Below the pieces are notes generated by a model. That model was not told the origin of the DNA and did no database searches. It worked only from the letters and a program-made list of their open reading frames with translations. A stretch of DNA of 64,000 nt from the IMG/VR virus record IMGVR_UViG_3300004094_000049, one strand, 5' to 3'. The DNA comes from a virus. Made by a program: the position numbers and the translations under genes. Position 1 is the first letter of the stretch. Every line of letters starts with the position of its first letter. Below are positions 9,849-19,932 of this stretch, piece after piece.

Positions 9849-9934
9849 TCGAAACAGGCATCAGCCTGTTTTTCTTTTTTTCTCTATCCTACCTTGCAAT
9901 GACTTAGTGCAATCGTTATCATCCGCAGATTAAA

Positions 9935-10831
9935 ATGTGTGGGGGTATTGGGTTGAAAGTTAAACCAACAAAAGTAACTATGAACGCTGCTTTAAGAAAA
10001 TCCATTAAGGAGAATTTAGCAATCGTTCCTGAAGATAAGCTTGCAGAGCTTGGCAGCTCAGCAAAAGACTACGATTTCCTGCTTTCTCTAGTTTCTGATG
10101 GCCGTGGATTTATGATGATTCCTTGGGTGGAAGATAACTTGTCAATGCGGAATATTATTGCTAATAAATTAGAGAATAGTATAGAAGATTGTTTTGAAGA
10201 ACGAGAAATTGATAAGCAAACATATGAGAAATACAAGACATCTTTACTACAGTGGAAGAGAATTGGTCGCTGGATTGCACCAGCAAAGCCTAAAACGAAA
10301 GCTAAAGATGATCCTTGGAAGGCAATGGTTGAAACAACAATGATGATCAGCGCATTCAGAGCAATACAGTTACTACGTAAGCCTGGCTCTCCTGTTAGGT
10401 TAACATCAAATGTTGAAAATCTATTATTAGAGTCTGTTAATGCGAATTGGGGAGGGGTGACTTCGTCAAGTGAAGGTGGATTCGTAAAAGGGAAGCCCTA
10501 CGTTAGAATAAATATGTTTATGTTTAAAAAACATAGAGTTAAACCAGTAATGAAGCATGTAGAAGATTACGCGACATCTTTGAAGGATCCAAATTTATTT
10601 ACATTCTACGGGCCATTCGACTTAGTGCTTACAGCGAACGTTGCATCGACTTTATCTACAGCGATACAACGCTCTGCAAGACATCTTGAGATTGAAAACT
10701 TAAGTGACAAAGAGTTGTCTTGGATAGAAGTATACTCATTTATTCGTGAAAATTGGATCAATCAAGAAATTGAAATTGAGAGATCGCTACCAAGAGGATA
10801 CAGTAATGCACCTGAACCTAGCCCATTTTGA
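9935..10831 (+). CDS. hypothetical protein
   Basis: 298-aa ORF, no recognised motif; start uncertain. Confidence 0.6.
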   Translation: MCGGIGLKVKPTKVTMNAALRKSIKENLAIVPEDKLAELGSSAKDYDFLLSLVSDGRGFMMIPWVEDNLSMRNIIANKLENSIEDCFEEREIDKQTYEKYKTSLLQWKRIGRWIAPAKPKTKAKDDPWKAMVETTMMISAFRAIQLLRKPGSPVRLTSNVENLLLESVNANWGGVTSSSEGGFVKGKPYVRINMFMFKKHRVKPVMKHVEDYATSLKDPNLFTFYGPFDLVLTANVASTLSTAIQRSARHLEIENLSDKELSWIEVYSFIRENWINQEIEIERSLPRGYSNAPEPSPF

Positions 10832-11639
10832 ATTGTGAAGTTTCAAGAACTACACCGCGTGAACTTGCTTCTTGTAGGAATGAATCACCAAGTTCAGAAA
10901 AGCCTGCAACGTTTGAACTTGTATCTGTTAACAGTACGACTTTACGGCTGATGTTACGCTCATCTAGCATATCAAGAAACTGTAGAACAGATGCTCTCAC
11001 ACAATGCGATAGCGCTTGTCCTGCGAAGACAACAGTTTCACTTTTCAGGATTCTATCAAATAAATGATGGTTGAATTGTGTCTCTGTTACTTCAGGTAAA
11101 GGTACTTCAGCTTTAAAAGCACCAAAGTGTTCAGTCAGTTCATGCTTACCTTTTTTGACAGTGAGGTATTCAATCTTTAAATCTTCAAGCGCACTTTGAA
11201 CTGGCTCTACAATGCTGTGTCCAATCGTATCTTCGATAGTATGATCAGGCCATATAAAGTGTGTCATACCTGTTTTTTCAAGCTCAGTAAGATAGTTTTC
11301 GACATATTCTGTCAATGAAGCATCTACGGGCCTAAATTTGCCTTCTAGATAGCTTTCTAAAGAGATTGCAGTGAAAGGCGATACGTGACAATCATCACTA
11401 TCTAGCCAAAAGCCTGAATGAGCGATATCAATTTTTGAGTGAGTATCCATCAGAACAACAGTATCATCAATAAATTCAGATTGCTCTCGGATGAATGAAC
11501 CTAGACGCTTAGCGTCCTCCCATGCCCCAGCAACGGGCAACGCTGGCTCAATCAAGTGATTGTCAACAATGCCTTTCTTGTCTTCTGGAACATCATGAAA
11601 GTCGTACTGTGGGTCGATAATTACTAATGTAGCTGACAT
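10818..11639 (-). CDS. pncA: nicotinamidase-like cysteine hydrolase (PncA/isochorismatase family)
   Basis: LVIIDPQYDF, DTH, IWPDH, KG, GQALSHCV: catalytic Asp/Lys/Cys and metal ligands present. Confidence 0.8.
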   Translation of the reverse strand: MSATLVIIDPQYDFHDVPEDKKGIVDNHLIEPALPVAGAWEDAKRLGSFIREQSEFIDDTVVLMDTHSKIDIAHSGFWLDSDDCHVSPFTAISLESYLEGKFRPVDASLTEYVENYLTELEKTGMTHFIWPDHTIEDTIGHSIVEPVQSALEDLKIEYLTVKKGKHELTEHFGAFKAEVPLPEVTETQFNHHLFDRILKSETVVFAGQALSHCVRASVLQFLDMLDERNISRKVVLLTDTSSNVAGFSELGDSFLQEASSRGVVLETSQFKMG

Positions 11640-11650
11640 AAAATATACCT

Positions 11651-11700
11651 TTAATGTAATTCTTACATTAAATATTAGTGTAAGAATTACATTAAGTCAA
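11651..11700 (-). promoter_or_regulatory. two tandem NrtR boxes over the nicotinamidase promoter
   Basis: TTAATGTAATTCTTACATTAA (11651-11671) and TTAGTGTAAGAATTACATTAA (11675-11695); promoter TTGACT-17 bp-TAATAT on minus strand. Confidence 0.85.
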
Positions 11701-12435
11701 CTAGTAAAGAGTTTGAACTTCAGAAATGGACATATCTTTTGCAACAAAGTAACCATTTATCGCCAAATCTACCATATGCGAATCGTCAGGGAAGTTACCG
11801 TAAGCACGTTGAATGTTATATCGTTCAGGTATGCACTCCCTGATTAGATTCAATTTATTTGCTCGAATACATTCTGCTTTAGCAAAATGAGATTCTGTGT
11901 AAATATCTGTTCCAATAACTTTAGTTACGGGCCAGCCATTGAGTTTAGCAACACCTTCAACGAATTCTTTAGATGAACCCGTAGCTATCCAGACCTCATG
12001 CTCATTCGCGTGTTTATATAGAAGTTCTACAGTTTCTTTAATGTACTCAAATTTTGAATGTAACTGCTTTGCTGCAAAATTTTCTTTTTCAGGTGTAGCG
12101 ACTCTTGCGATCTCATCAAGTAATCGATAACGGATAGCATCCTTAAGTCGGTACTTGATTGCACTAAGATAACCTTGCTGAACCATTAATGATGGATTGA
12201 TCAGGCTTTTAGGCTGTAGTGCGCTATCAATGAGGCCGAGGACTGTTGCTTTACTTAAAGAGACACCTAACTTTAAATTGCTCCCAAAAATGCACTTAGC
12301 ATATGGAATTAGCGTGTTTTTTTGAGTTAGTGTCTCATCAAAATCAAAAACGGTGATAGGCTGAACGCCTACAATTACAGGTGGAATCATGATTGTCTCT
12401 TTATCTATTTTTCTTATTCGCCTATTATCAATCAC
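11701..12435 (-). CDS. HAD-superfamily hydrolase (subfamily IB-like phosphatase)
   Basis: VFDFDETLT motif I, IATGS motif II, K, AYGNFPDD motif IV. Confidence 0.8.
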   Translation of the reverse strand: MIDNRRIRKIDKETIMIPPVIVGVQPITVFDFDETLTQKNTLIPYAKCIFGSNLKLGVSLSKATVLGLIDSALQPKSLINPSLMVQQGYLSAIKYRLKDAIRYRLLDEIARVATPEKENFAAKQLHSKFEYIKETVELLYKHANEHEVWIATGSSKEFVEGVAKLNGWPVTKVIGTDIYTESHFAKAECIRANKLNLIRECIPERYNIQRAYGNFPDDSHMVDLAINGYFVAKDMSISEVQTLY

Positions 12436-12450
12436 TTAACAAGAAGCGAA

Positions 12451-12479
12451 TTGACATAATATAAATTATATTATATATT
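12451..12479 (+). promoter_or_regulatory. sigma70 promoter
   Basis: TTGACA-17 bp-TATATT upstream of 12489. Confidence 0.55.
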
Positions 12480-12488
12480 TTCCTGGTA

Positions 12489-14714
12489 ATGGTCAAGATG
12501 ATGATTCCGATGAAAGGTAATAACCCAGTAAAAAATCTAGTGATTTGGGCAGTTGTAATGATTGTCCTTGAAACCTTGTATGTATTTGCAGAGGTTGCTT
12601 TTAACGCAGGCATTCTTAATGCTTCTGCGGGACTAGTATTGTCACGCGATGAAATTGAGAATTTAGAGCACATTGGGCGTACCTTGAGTGGTATAGGGTT
12701 TAGCTTTGTTGTTTTCGGGTTCATTAGATTCAAGAATACCTTCATTCATTTAAGGGTAAAAGTCCTTGCTGCATGTTTGGTAATCTGTACTCCAACTATG
12801 TATTTCGGACAAAAATTCTTAATTGATGAGTTATTGATTAATCGAGCTTCTAACGATCTGCTTGTAAAGGCAGAGCAAATCATGATTTTAAAGAGAGGCT
12901 ATCAAACAGGGACATACTCCATCAATTCTGTAGGCTTCGAGATTAATGAAGATAAGCTCGATTCGCCAGTAGAAATGTCATATTTGTCCATGCTTGGAAT
13001 GCTACTTCTTGACTCAGAGAAGTGGGAGGGAATCATGGATTCCCAAACCAATACCTTTATCAAGCAAACACATGAGCATATGAAAGGGATAGGTCTTGAT
13101 GAAGCCTATTCTGCATATAAGCAAGTAAGTAATGAAACGCTAAACGCCTGGAATGCATACAATAAGGCATCCAGAGAGTTTTTAGCTAACCGTGCCGAGT
13201 CAATGAAAGATGCTGACATTAATGGTCTCTGGAATGAAGCTCAAAAAGAAGTTGATGACGGATGGGAGGAATATCAACAAGCTCGTCGAGATTTTAGATC
13301 TGAAGTTGCCAAGAACATGGAGAAACGTGACTTTAGAGACTATCTACAGAGTAGATTTAAGCGCTTTAATCGCTGTAAAACCCGAAAGTGTCAGGATGAT
13401 GTAGAAGAGCGTATGCAGCGTGACATCAGAAAATACACAGGTGTCGATAAGGAAATTTGGTATTGGTGTGATAGTAGTCGTAGGTGTCCTGAGTATTCAA
13501 GCGCCCTATTGAATAAAATGGTTACAGCTTTAGTCGCAAAGGGTGATTTCAAAAAAAGAACTCGTTTTAGCTACTATATTCATAGCAAATCGGACTTTAT
13601 GAAGGAAGATCGTCTTGTCTTTGATGTTCGCGGTGAACTGAGCAGGAGAGGCATTATTGATCCCGATATCTATACAGGTACTTATAGTTCATTCAAGAAA
13701 ACGATTGAAAGTCATGTTTATCAGAAAGCAGCCAATGAGTGGTTTCAAAAATCATCTGATGCTTATGGTTTGCCACCTGGGTTATCAAAGACTGAGTTCT
13801 ACAAGACTGCCATGGTTCAAGATGGATTAAAGAAGATCTTTGCTATAGAGCATTATGTAGACTACCAAGTGAAGATGGGTATGACGAAATCTCAATTTGT
13901 ATATCAGTACAACAATGTAGTGCCAGCTAAAAAGGTGCAGCATGAGATTAATTCACTGGTCAGGGACTTGGATGCGCCAGAAAACATAGAAATCAAGCAG
14001 AGGTATCAAGACTCTTTAAGGGCAATCATCGTTCCGCCAATTGCTCTGTTTTTCAGCTTGTTCTTTTTTGTGTTTACCGTAGTGCGTATACCACTTCGGT
14101 TCTTAGCAATAAGTTTTTATATCAACCCGACCCCGTGGAAGATGAAGCTGAAAAAAGTACTGCTTATAGCTGACTTTGTGTTTGTTCTATCACTGCCATT
14201 CATAAAGCCAGATAATAAGTTGTCATCAAAGGCCGCTGTTGAGGAAACTATTGATTACTTTGATTCAAACATAAGTGTATTCGGTGGCTGGGCGTTTGAG
14301 TGGTACATGAATGCTGAGCCAGTAATCTATCCAATTGGTAATGGATTGCTAAATCTACTAGGAATTTCGAACATCGATCACCCTGATTATGTAGACGAAC
14401 ACAACCGTCGTAATCGAGCAGATGCAGATTATGAAATCAACAAAGATGAAGCCATTCAAAAACCTGTTTTCTATAATTTATCAAGATCCGACATACGTGA
14501 AGGGCAACAGATTTTAAGCAAACTGGGATATGAGGTTGGTGGCATTGATGGCATCGCAGGAAATAAAACTCGTTATGCAGCAGAACGCTACCTTATACAG
14601 ATCGGATATCTAAAGTATGATTATCATACTGGCGAACTAGATAAAGAATCATTAAAGAGAAAGAATGATTCATATGGCCCGATGTATCACACGTTAGTGC
14701 TAATGGCAAAATAA
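12489..14714 (+). CDS. large inner-membrane protein with periplasmic helical region and C-terminal peptidoglycan-binding domain
   Basis: N- and C-terminal TM segments; QQILSKLGYEVGGIDGIAGNKT is PG_binding_1-like. Confidence 0.7.
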   Translation: MVKMMIPMKGNNPVKNLVIWAVVMIVLETLYVFAEVAFNAGILNASAGLVLSRDEIENLEHIGRTLSGIGFSFVVFGFIRFKNTFIHLRVKVLAACLVICTPTMYFGQKFLIDELLINRASNDLLVKAEQIMILKRGYQTGTYSINSVGFEINEDKLDSPVEMSYLSMLGMLLLDSEKWEGIMDSQTNTFIKQTHEHMKGIGLDEAYSAYKQVSNETLNAWNAYNKASREFLANRAESMKDADINGLWNEAQKEVDDGWEEYQQARRDFRSEVAKNMEKRDFRDYLQSRFKRFNRCKTRKCQDDVEERMQRDIRKYTGVDKEIWYWCDSSRRCPEYSSALLNKMVTALVAKGDFKKRTRFSYYIHSKSDFMKEDRLVFDVRGELSRRGIIDPDIYTGTYSSFKKTIESHVYQKAANEWFQKSSDAYGLPPGLSKTEFYKTAMVQDGLKKIFAIEHYVDYQVKMGMTKSQFVYQYNNVVPAKKVQHEINSLVRDLDAPENIEIKQRYQDSLRAIIVPPIALFFSLFFFVFTVVRIPLRFLAISFYINPTPWKMKLKKVLLIADFVFVLSLPFIKPDNKLSSKAAVEETIDYFDSNISVFGGWAFEWYMNAEPVIYPIGNGLLNLLGISNIDHPDYVDEHNRRNRADADYEINKDEAIQKPVFYNLSRSDIREGQQILSKLGYEVGGIDGIAGNKTRYAAERYLIQIGYLKYDYHTGELDKESLKRKNDSYGPMYHTLVLMAK

Positions 14715-14715
14715 C

Positions 14716-14741
14716 AAAAACCCGCTAAATGCGGGTTTTTT
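14716..14741. terminator. bidirectional intrinsic terminator
   Basis: AAAAACCCGC-TAAAT-GCGGGTTTTT. Confidence 0.8.
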
Positions 14742-14798
14742 CTTACGAAATGCTCAGTACATAAACCAGATTGGTGTGAAATTGATAGCAAAGTGTCG

Positions 14799-15398
14799 TT
14801 AGTTACTACGCTCGACCAAAAGCTCATGAACAACAGGTTTAGCAATAAAGTACCCTTGAAACAAATCAAACCCTAAGTCTTGAAGACGCAAGAAGGAGGA
14901 ATGATCATCGACCTTTTCAGCCAGAAGTAACTGGCTGGGCCTTCTATGCATATTCTTTATGTTTTCTCCCATATAGCTTAGTGGCGTTCCTTTCACATCA
15001 ATCTTTATTATGTCAGCATGCTCTATTAAGCGTTTTCTTTCAGGTTCAAAGTTATAGTCATCAATAGCGATTGCATAACCAAGCTCCTTTGCATGAATGA
15101 TTGCCTCTATGTTTTTATTTGTTATATTAATGGTTTCTAGTATTTCAAGAACAAATCTATCTGGGTCTAGTTTCTTCCATTCTTCACTTAACAATGTTTC
15201 TTCCGTTAAATTAAGAAAAATCTTAGCGTCGGATGTGAAAATCTCTATGTTTGGAGCTTTTGAGATGACATCTCTAGTTGCGAAATCCCCATCAACACCA
15301 GTAGGGTACTGGTTTTCTTTAGAATCTCTATATAGTGCTTCATAGCCAAACATGTTGTTTGCATCATCACATATTCTTTGAAGTGCGATATACGACAT
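14799..15398 (-). CDS. stand-alone EAL-type domain protein (CdgJ/YuxH N-terminal type)
   Basis: GYEALYR, LEILE, IAIDDY, IIKID, LLAEKV, FQGYFIAKP; no HDOD domain. Confidence 0.8.
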   Translation of the reverse strand: MSYIALQRICDDANNMFGYEALYRDSKENQYPTGVDGDFATRDVISKAPNIEIFTSDAKIFLNLTEETLLSEEWKKLDPDRFVLEILETINITNKNIEAIIHAKELGYAIAIDDYNFEPERKRLIEHADIIKIDVKGTPLSYMGENIKNMHRRPSQLLLAEKVDDHSSFLRLQDLGFDLFQGYFIAKPVVHELLVERSN

Positions 15399-15533
15399 AA
15401 TCAACCCAAAAATCGGTTTACCATAATAGGTTCAATATATCTCAAGTAAACTTGTGAGTCTATACCCTGTAGCTTTGTTAACACCATGCTTTATATGTGG
15501 TATAATATTGGCAAAAATAATAAGAGATATTCT

Positions 15534-16448
15534 ATGAAGAGATTCGTTATTGACAAGGAAGTAAAAGTAAAGCAATCAATCCTTGTTCCATTTAGTTTTG
15601 ATAATTCAAAGCATGTTGAAGACCGACTCTTAGAAGCTGATGCGGTACGGTTTGATAATGTTAACCCTCGATACAATGCTATGTATGACACTTCTGCAAT
15701 TTTAAAATCCAAGATAATCGTAGATGCAAAGACTAAAGAGGAAGCTACACAGTTGGCTATTGAGATGGACTCTGAACCAGAATCTATTAGGTTTGATAAA
15801 ATTCGATTGAATGGATTTATAGGGTCTCTTAATGTTGTGACTGAACCAAACAAGCTTAGTGCTAAGTTTGTTCAAGACCTTGAAAGGATTGCTCGAAAGG
15901 CGGCTCTCGAAGGGAAAATCAATATAGAACCAACCAGCTCGGCAAATATTGAAATTACAAAGAACATTGAGATCAGTCCTGATAAAAATCCCAAGATACC
16001 TTCCGACAAAGCTTATTCGATTGAGCAAACAGGCCAGATTCTAGAAAGAAAGCGATTCGAAATCTACTATGAGGGGGGCAAAAAAGACGCTGATACTGGG
16101 TTAATTGAATTGGTTAATCTATCACCGAGTAAAATAGAAAATGCAAAAAGCTTAATCGTTACTGCTGATGTAAAGTCTGAGATCAAAGGCCATGAGATAG
16201 TACAAACACTTGACCAGTCACCACAGGCCGATTCGGTGATTAGTATGCGCGTTATAGGGCTGGAAAGTCCGAAAGGGAAGAGTAACCCTTCGATTTTATC
16301 TGAAAGCACCATGAGCACGCTACTAGAGAGCCTAGAAGAAGCTGATTTAGTAGATGTCGTAGAAAGTAAATTTCATCGAACATCCATGTCTGCTGCACTT
16401 AAGACTCTTTCTAGTAACAAAAATAGAGAGGTTGGCCTGGCACCTTAG
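15534..16448 (+). CDS. hypothetical protein
   Basis: ATG at 15534 follows TATAAT and an A-rich leader. Confidence 0.65.
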   Translation: MKRFVIDKEVKVKQSILVPFSFDNSKHVEDRLLEADAVRFDNVNPRYNAMYDTSAILKSKIIVDAKTKEEATQLAIEMDSEPESIRFDKIRLNGFIGSLNVVTEPNKLSAKFVQDLERIARKAALEGKINIEPTSSANIEITKNIEISPDKNPKIPSDKAYSIEQTGQILERKRFEIYYEGGKKDADTGLIELVNLSPSKIENAKSLIVTADVKSEIKGHEIVQTLDQSPQADSVISMRVIGLESPKGKSNPSILSESTMSTLLESLEEADLVDVVESKFHRTSMSAALKTLSSNKNREVGLAP

Positions 16449-16888
16449 TTTGGCGCAGAAGCCATCTGCAAATCATTAATCATTAGTAAAGAGCGGGCTT
16501 TCTCATTAAGAGTAAGCCTATCTTTTTTATTGATAATACTAAGATATTTGTACTTTTCATGGTAAAGATAAACCTCTTGCTCGGTCAATTTTTTTTCCTC
16601 AATGAAAGACTTAAGTGACTGCTCATAGATGTCATTTACTACTTTACGTACTTCGTAATTCATCTTAATCAAGTCGAAAGCGGCATTCTTAGCAACAAAG
16701 ACTGAAAAGCCAAACAAACCTGATTCAATGATCAAGGATGAAATATAGAAATCACCTGTTACGGTAATGATGAGTTTGAATAGGCTTGCTAACAGGAAAC
16801 CAATTGAACCGATTGCAACACTAATGTGCATGGTCGAGTTCATGCGATAGGTATATTGGAGTAGTAATTTTTTTTCAGAATTATTCAT
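16445..16888 (-). CDS. two-TM membrane protein
   Basis: Two hydrophobic segments; overlaps convergent gene by 4 bp. Confidence 0.55.
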   Translation of the reverse strand: MNNSEKKLLLQYTYRMNSTMHISVAIGSIGFLLASLFKLIITVTGDFYISSLIIESGLFGFSVFVAKNAAFDLIKMNYEVRKVVNDIYEQSLKSFIEEKKLTEQEVYLYHEKYKYLSIINKKDRLTLNEKARSLLMINDLQMASAPN

Positions 16889-17030
16889 TTTATATCCTAG
16901 TGATTGTGATCACATTTCAATCATTTATTATTACTTATAAATTGACGGTAATCTGTGGCTTAGGTAATCTACAAACATCTTATTTAGAAAGTTAAATGTT
17001 GCCTCTAAATTAGTTTATTGTTGTTTCTGG

Positions 17031-17064
17031 AAGCCTATAGCGCCATGCGCTGTAGGCTTTTTTC
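17031..17064 (+). terminator. strong intrinsic terminator with no adjacent plus-strand gene
   Basis: AAGCCTATAGCGC-CAT-GCGCTGTAGGCTT followed by T-run. Confidence 0.65.
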
Positions 17065-17119
17065 TTTGGTAACAAACAAAGCCATGATATAATAAAACAA
17101 AAATAATAAAGGTACAAAT

Positions 17120-18235
17120 ATGGCGGCTAAAATCATTCCTGCAATTGAGCATGTCTACGCAAACGCCTTACTCAAATCAGAAGAGACACAAAAGGGCCAC
17201 ATCGAAGTCTATTCAGTTGTCATAGATAGCAACGCAATGAGTCGTAGTAATCATGCAGATGATAATGCAAAAAAAGTTACCATTGATGGTGTGGTAGGAT
17301 TCCTGGTTGTTGACCCTTATGAAAACTATCTGCGCCCTGACTTTATCTCACAAGATGCTCTAGTAGAAGAGCCAGTCCTCGTTAATAAGATTACTCCTTT
17401 TGCTGACAAATCACGCGAAGAGGAACTAAAGAAGTCAACAAGAGCCAAAGAAATTTCTGAGGCCAAAGCTAATGAGCAAGAAAAGAAGCAGGTTCGAGAA
17501 AGAAAAATTCAACAAGACCAGCTAAATAAAGCATCACTCATTAACGAGAAAGTTGATCTGTTCAATGAAATCACGGGCAGTAAAATTCCTCATGTGCTTG
17601 TGGAAAATGCATCTAATCATCATTTACGCATGATCGACAAAGCGATCTTGCATGCTGATGAGAATGAAAAAATTTCAAAAATTATCTTTGATAAAGTGAC
17701 ACACTTTTGGTCACAAGGTGCCGATGCTATTGGAAAAATTGATAGCTTAATAAAGAATGGTTACTACTACGACATTAATGAGAGTGATGATTTGTTCAAT
17801 ATGAGCATAGTGGACAAGTCTGGCAATGTGGTTCTTGATTTTCAAGCACCTATAATCGAAGTTGAAAAATCGATGACTTATCAGTTCGAAGATGAGTATG
17901 ATTATTCAACAGATGAAATTGATATCACAATTAGACAGATCGACATGGAAAATCCTGTCAAGCACACCGAGTTTGGTAGAACGGTAATGGATCCTGAGAA
18001 ATCATTTTTCTTGAATGAAGTTGACCATTTTTGTGCTCTAGAAGATATCTATCTTCTAGATGACCCAGATTTTGACATCGATAACTTCGATGTAACAATA
18101 TTCAATACTGCAAATTTGAGTAATAGCGAGGTCGTAGGTCTTTTTGAAAATTGTGAAAATGACAAATTAATCCGAAAAATTCAGAAGTTTACGCAAAACA
18201 GGCAAAAAGATGATGTGATTTCATTGGGTTTCTAA
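17120..18235 (+). CDS. hypothetical acidic protein
   Basis: 371-aa ORF with TATAAT and CAAAAATAATAAAGG leader. Confidence 0.7.
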   Translation: MAAKIIPAIEHVYANALLKSEETQKGHIEVYSVVIDSNAMSRSNHADDNAKKVTIDGVVGFLVVDPYENYLRPDFISQDALVEEPVLVNKITPFADKSREEELKKSTRAKEISEAKANEQEKKQVRERKIQQDQLNKASLINEKVDLFNEITGSKIPHVLVENASNHHLRMIDKAILHADENEKISKIIFDKVTHFWSQGADAIGKIDSLIKNGYYYDINESDDLFNMSIVDKSGNVVLDFQAPIIEVEKSMTYQFEDEYDYSTDEIDITIRQIDMENPVKHTEFGRTVMDPEKSFFLNEVDHFCALEDIYLLDDPDFDIDNFDVTIFNTANLSNSEVVGLFENCENDKLIRKIQKFTQNRQKDDVISLGF

Positions 18236-18333
18236 ACATTTGTATATTCATTATTTTGGATGTCTGTGATTGACAGTATGTACACTCACTGAGATAATCG
18301 CCCAGCTTTTAAAGTTAGGGTGATTTTTTTTTG

Positions 18334-19905
18334 ATGAATATTTTGATTGCTGTTAAGCAGTTTGAGCAAACTGTATGGGAAGATAGCGCAAAGATTGAAT
18401 TTGGTGCTAACTCCAATTCAAACCTTACATTTAGGTTTGCTTCATCAACTTCTAGAATCATAGAATTGCTAGAAACTTGTTATAGCAAAGAACGCTTAGA
18501 TCTTATCATTCTGGGTTCGGAACTATCTGATGGTAATGGATCAGCATTCCTTCAAAGTCTAAAAATGATGAGGCTAATTGACTTTAGAACATTGATCATA
18601 CATTCAACAAATATACCTAATTCGGCATTCTATAATAGTGATATCACTGAAACGCCAGATTTTTTGATTGAAACTCCTTTAAAGACTGGTCAGATCAAGT
18701 CAACCCTTCGAAATGCCCATATTCATCTAAATGTTTTTGGCAATATTCGAGCAGAAATTTCAAATGGAAATTACACAAAAGCAATAAAACTTCTGATTAA
18801 TTTAGATGATAATAATGATTGGAAATATGAGGCACTTGCTTTCTGCTTCTCAATGATTGGAATGGTAGATAGAGGGATAGACTTACTTCAAAATCGCATT
18901 AATAGATCCTTAACATCGCCTAGACTCTTACTAGCGCTGATAAAGCTTTTAATCAGCTCCCAACGATTTGATGATGTCATAAAAGTTCTTGGTACAAGTT
19001 CTGATTTCAAGGATAGCAATGTTTGTCTTCATTATGCTTTAGCATTCAGTTATCAGCAGAAAGGTAACTTGAATAAATCATTGCAACATCTACAAAAAGC
19101 GAAATCCCTTGAAGTTACATTGCCAGACATAATGTTATTGTGTTCAGATATTTATAAAGAAAACAGGATGATCGGTGAAGCAATTCGCTATCATCTTAAG
19201 GCTATTGAGGCTTCAAAAGGATCTCTTTCGAACAAACATAAGATATACGATGATTTGCTACACCTGGGTAATGAGTATTGGAGTGGTGATGAACAAGCAA
19301 ATCCAAGCCTGTTTAAAAGAATCTCTACAGCTCTAAATACAGGTAGTTTAGAGTTAAACTCAAAGTTAATGAGTTTGCATTCAGATGTCTTTAGGCTTCA
19401 CTATCTTCAAATGAAGGGGGAGCGAAACAAGATCGAAGAGATGTTGTTAAGCATTCTGACTAATAAATCTATTCAATTGGCTTCTGCACCAGATATCTAT
19501 GCTGAGGTCTTGAATATCGTGTCATCATTCCCTGTCAAAGATAAAGTCTTTGATAAGCTAACTTCATTTGAAGAAGATAACTCGCTCTCGAATGCCAAAA
19601 AGATTAAAAACATTAATCGCCATAATCAAACAGCTCTCTTGCACCTCAAGAACAGAGAAATTGATGACGCTGAAAATGTGTTTAGACAAGTAATGTCCAC
19701 GTCTCCAGAAAACATCACGGCAAACTACGGGTTGGCTAGTGTCTACTTGATACTATTTAAGCGTTCTGGAACTGAAACTTACTTAAAGAAAAGTGTGGAA
19801 CATGTGGAAAGAATTTATCCAGTTGATTGTAAGCATGTAATGTATAAAGAGTATGAAAGCATTAGATGCAAAGTAAACAAGCAAGTGGCATTAAAAACGC
19901 CTTAA
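18334..19905 (+). CDS. pseudo-receiver plus TPR-repeat protein
   Basis: LDLIILGSELSDGNG resembles a receiver with the phospho-Asp replaced by Gly; TPR-like helices follow. Confidence 0.55.
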   Translation: MNILIAVKQFEQTVWEDSAKIEFGANSNSNLTFRFASSTSRIIELLETCYSKERLDLIILGSELSDGNGSAFLQSLKMMRLIDFRTLIIHSTNIPNSAFYNSDITETPDFLIETPLKTGQIKSTLRNAHIHLNVFGNIRAEISNGNYTKAIKLLINLDDNNDWKYEALAFCFSMIGMVDRGIDLLQNRINRSLTSPRLLLALIKLLISSQRFDDVIKVLGTSSDFKDSNVCLHYALAFSYQQKGNLNKSLQHLQKAKSLEVTLPDIMLLCSDIYKENRMIGEAIRYHLKAIEASKGSLSNKHKIYDDLLHLGNEYWSGDEQANPSLFKRISTALNTGSLELNSKLMSLHSDVFRLHYLQMKGERNKIEEMLLSILTNKSIQLASAPDIYAEVLNIVSSFPVKDKVFDKLTSFEEDNSLSNAKKIKNINRHNQTALLHLKNREIDDAENVFRQVMSTSPENITANYGLASVYLILFKRSGTETYLKKSVEHVERIYPVDCKHVMYKEYESIRCKVNKQVALKTP

Positions 19906-19908
19906 AAA

Positions 19909-19925
19909 GCCGCTCTATGAGCGGC
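19909..19925. terminator. hairpin between convergent genes
   Basis: GCCGCTC-TAT-GAGCGGC. Confidence 0.55.
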
Positions 19926-19932
19926 CTTAATT

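Noticed and set aside
18264-18276. CTGTGATTGACAG as a LexA box
   Set aside because: Spacer is 5 nt, not 8
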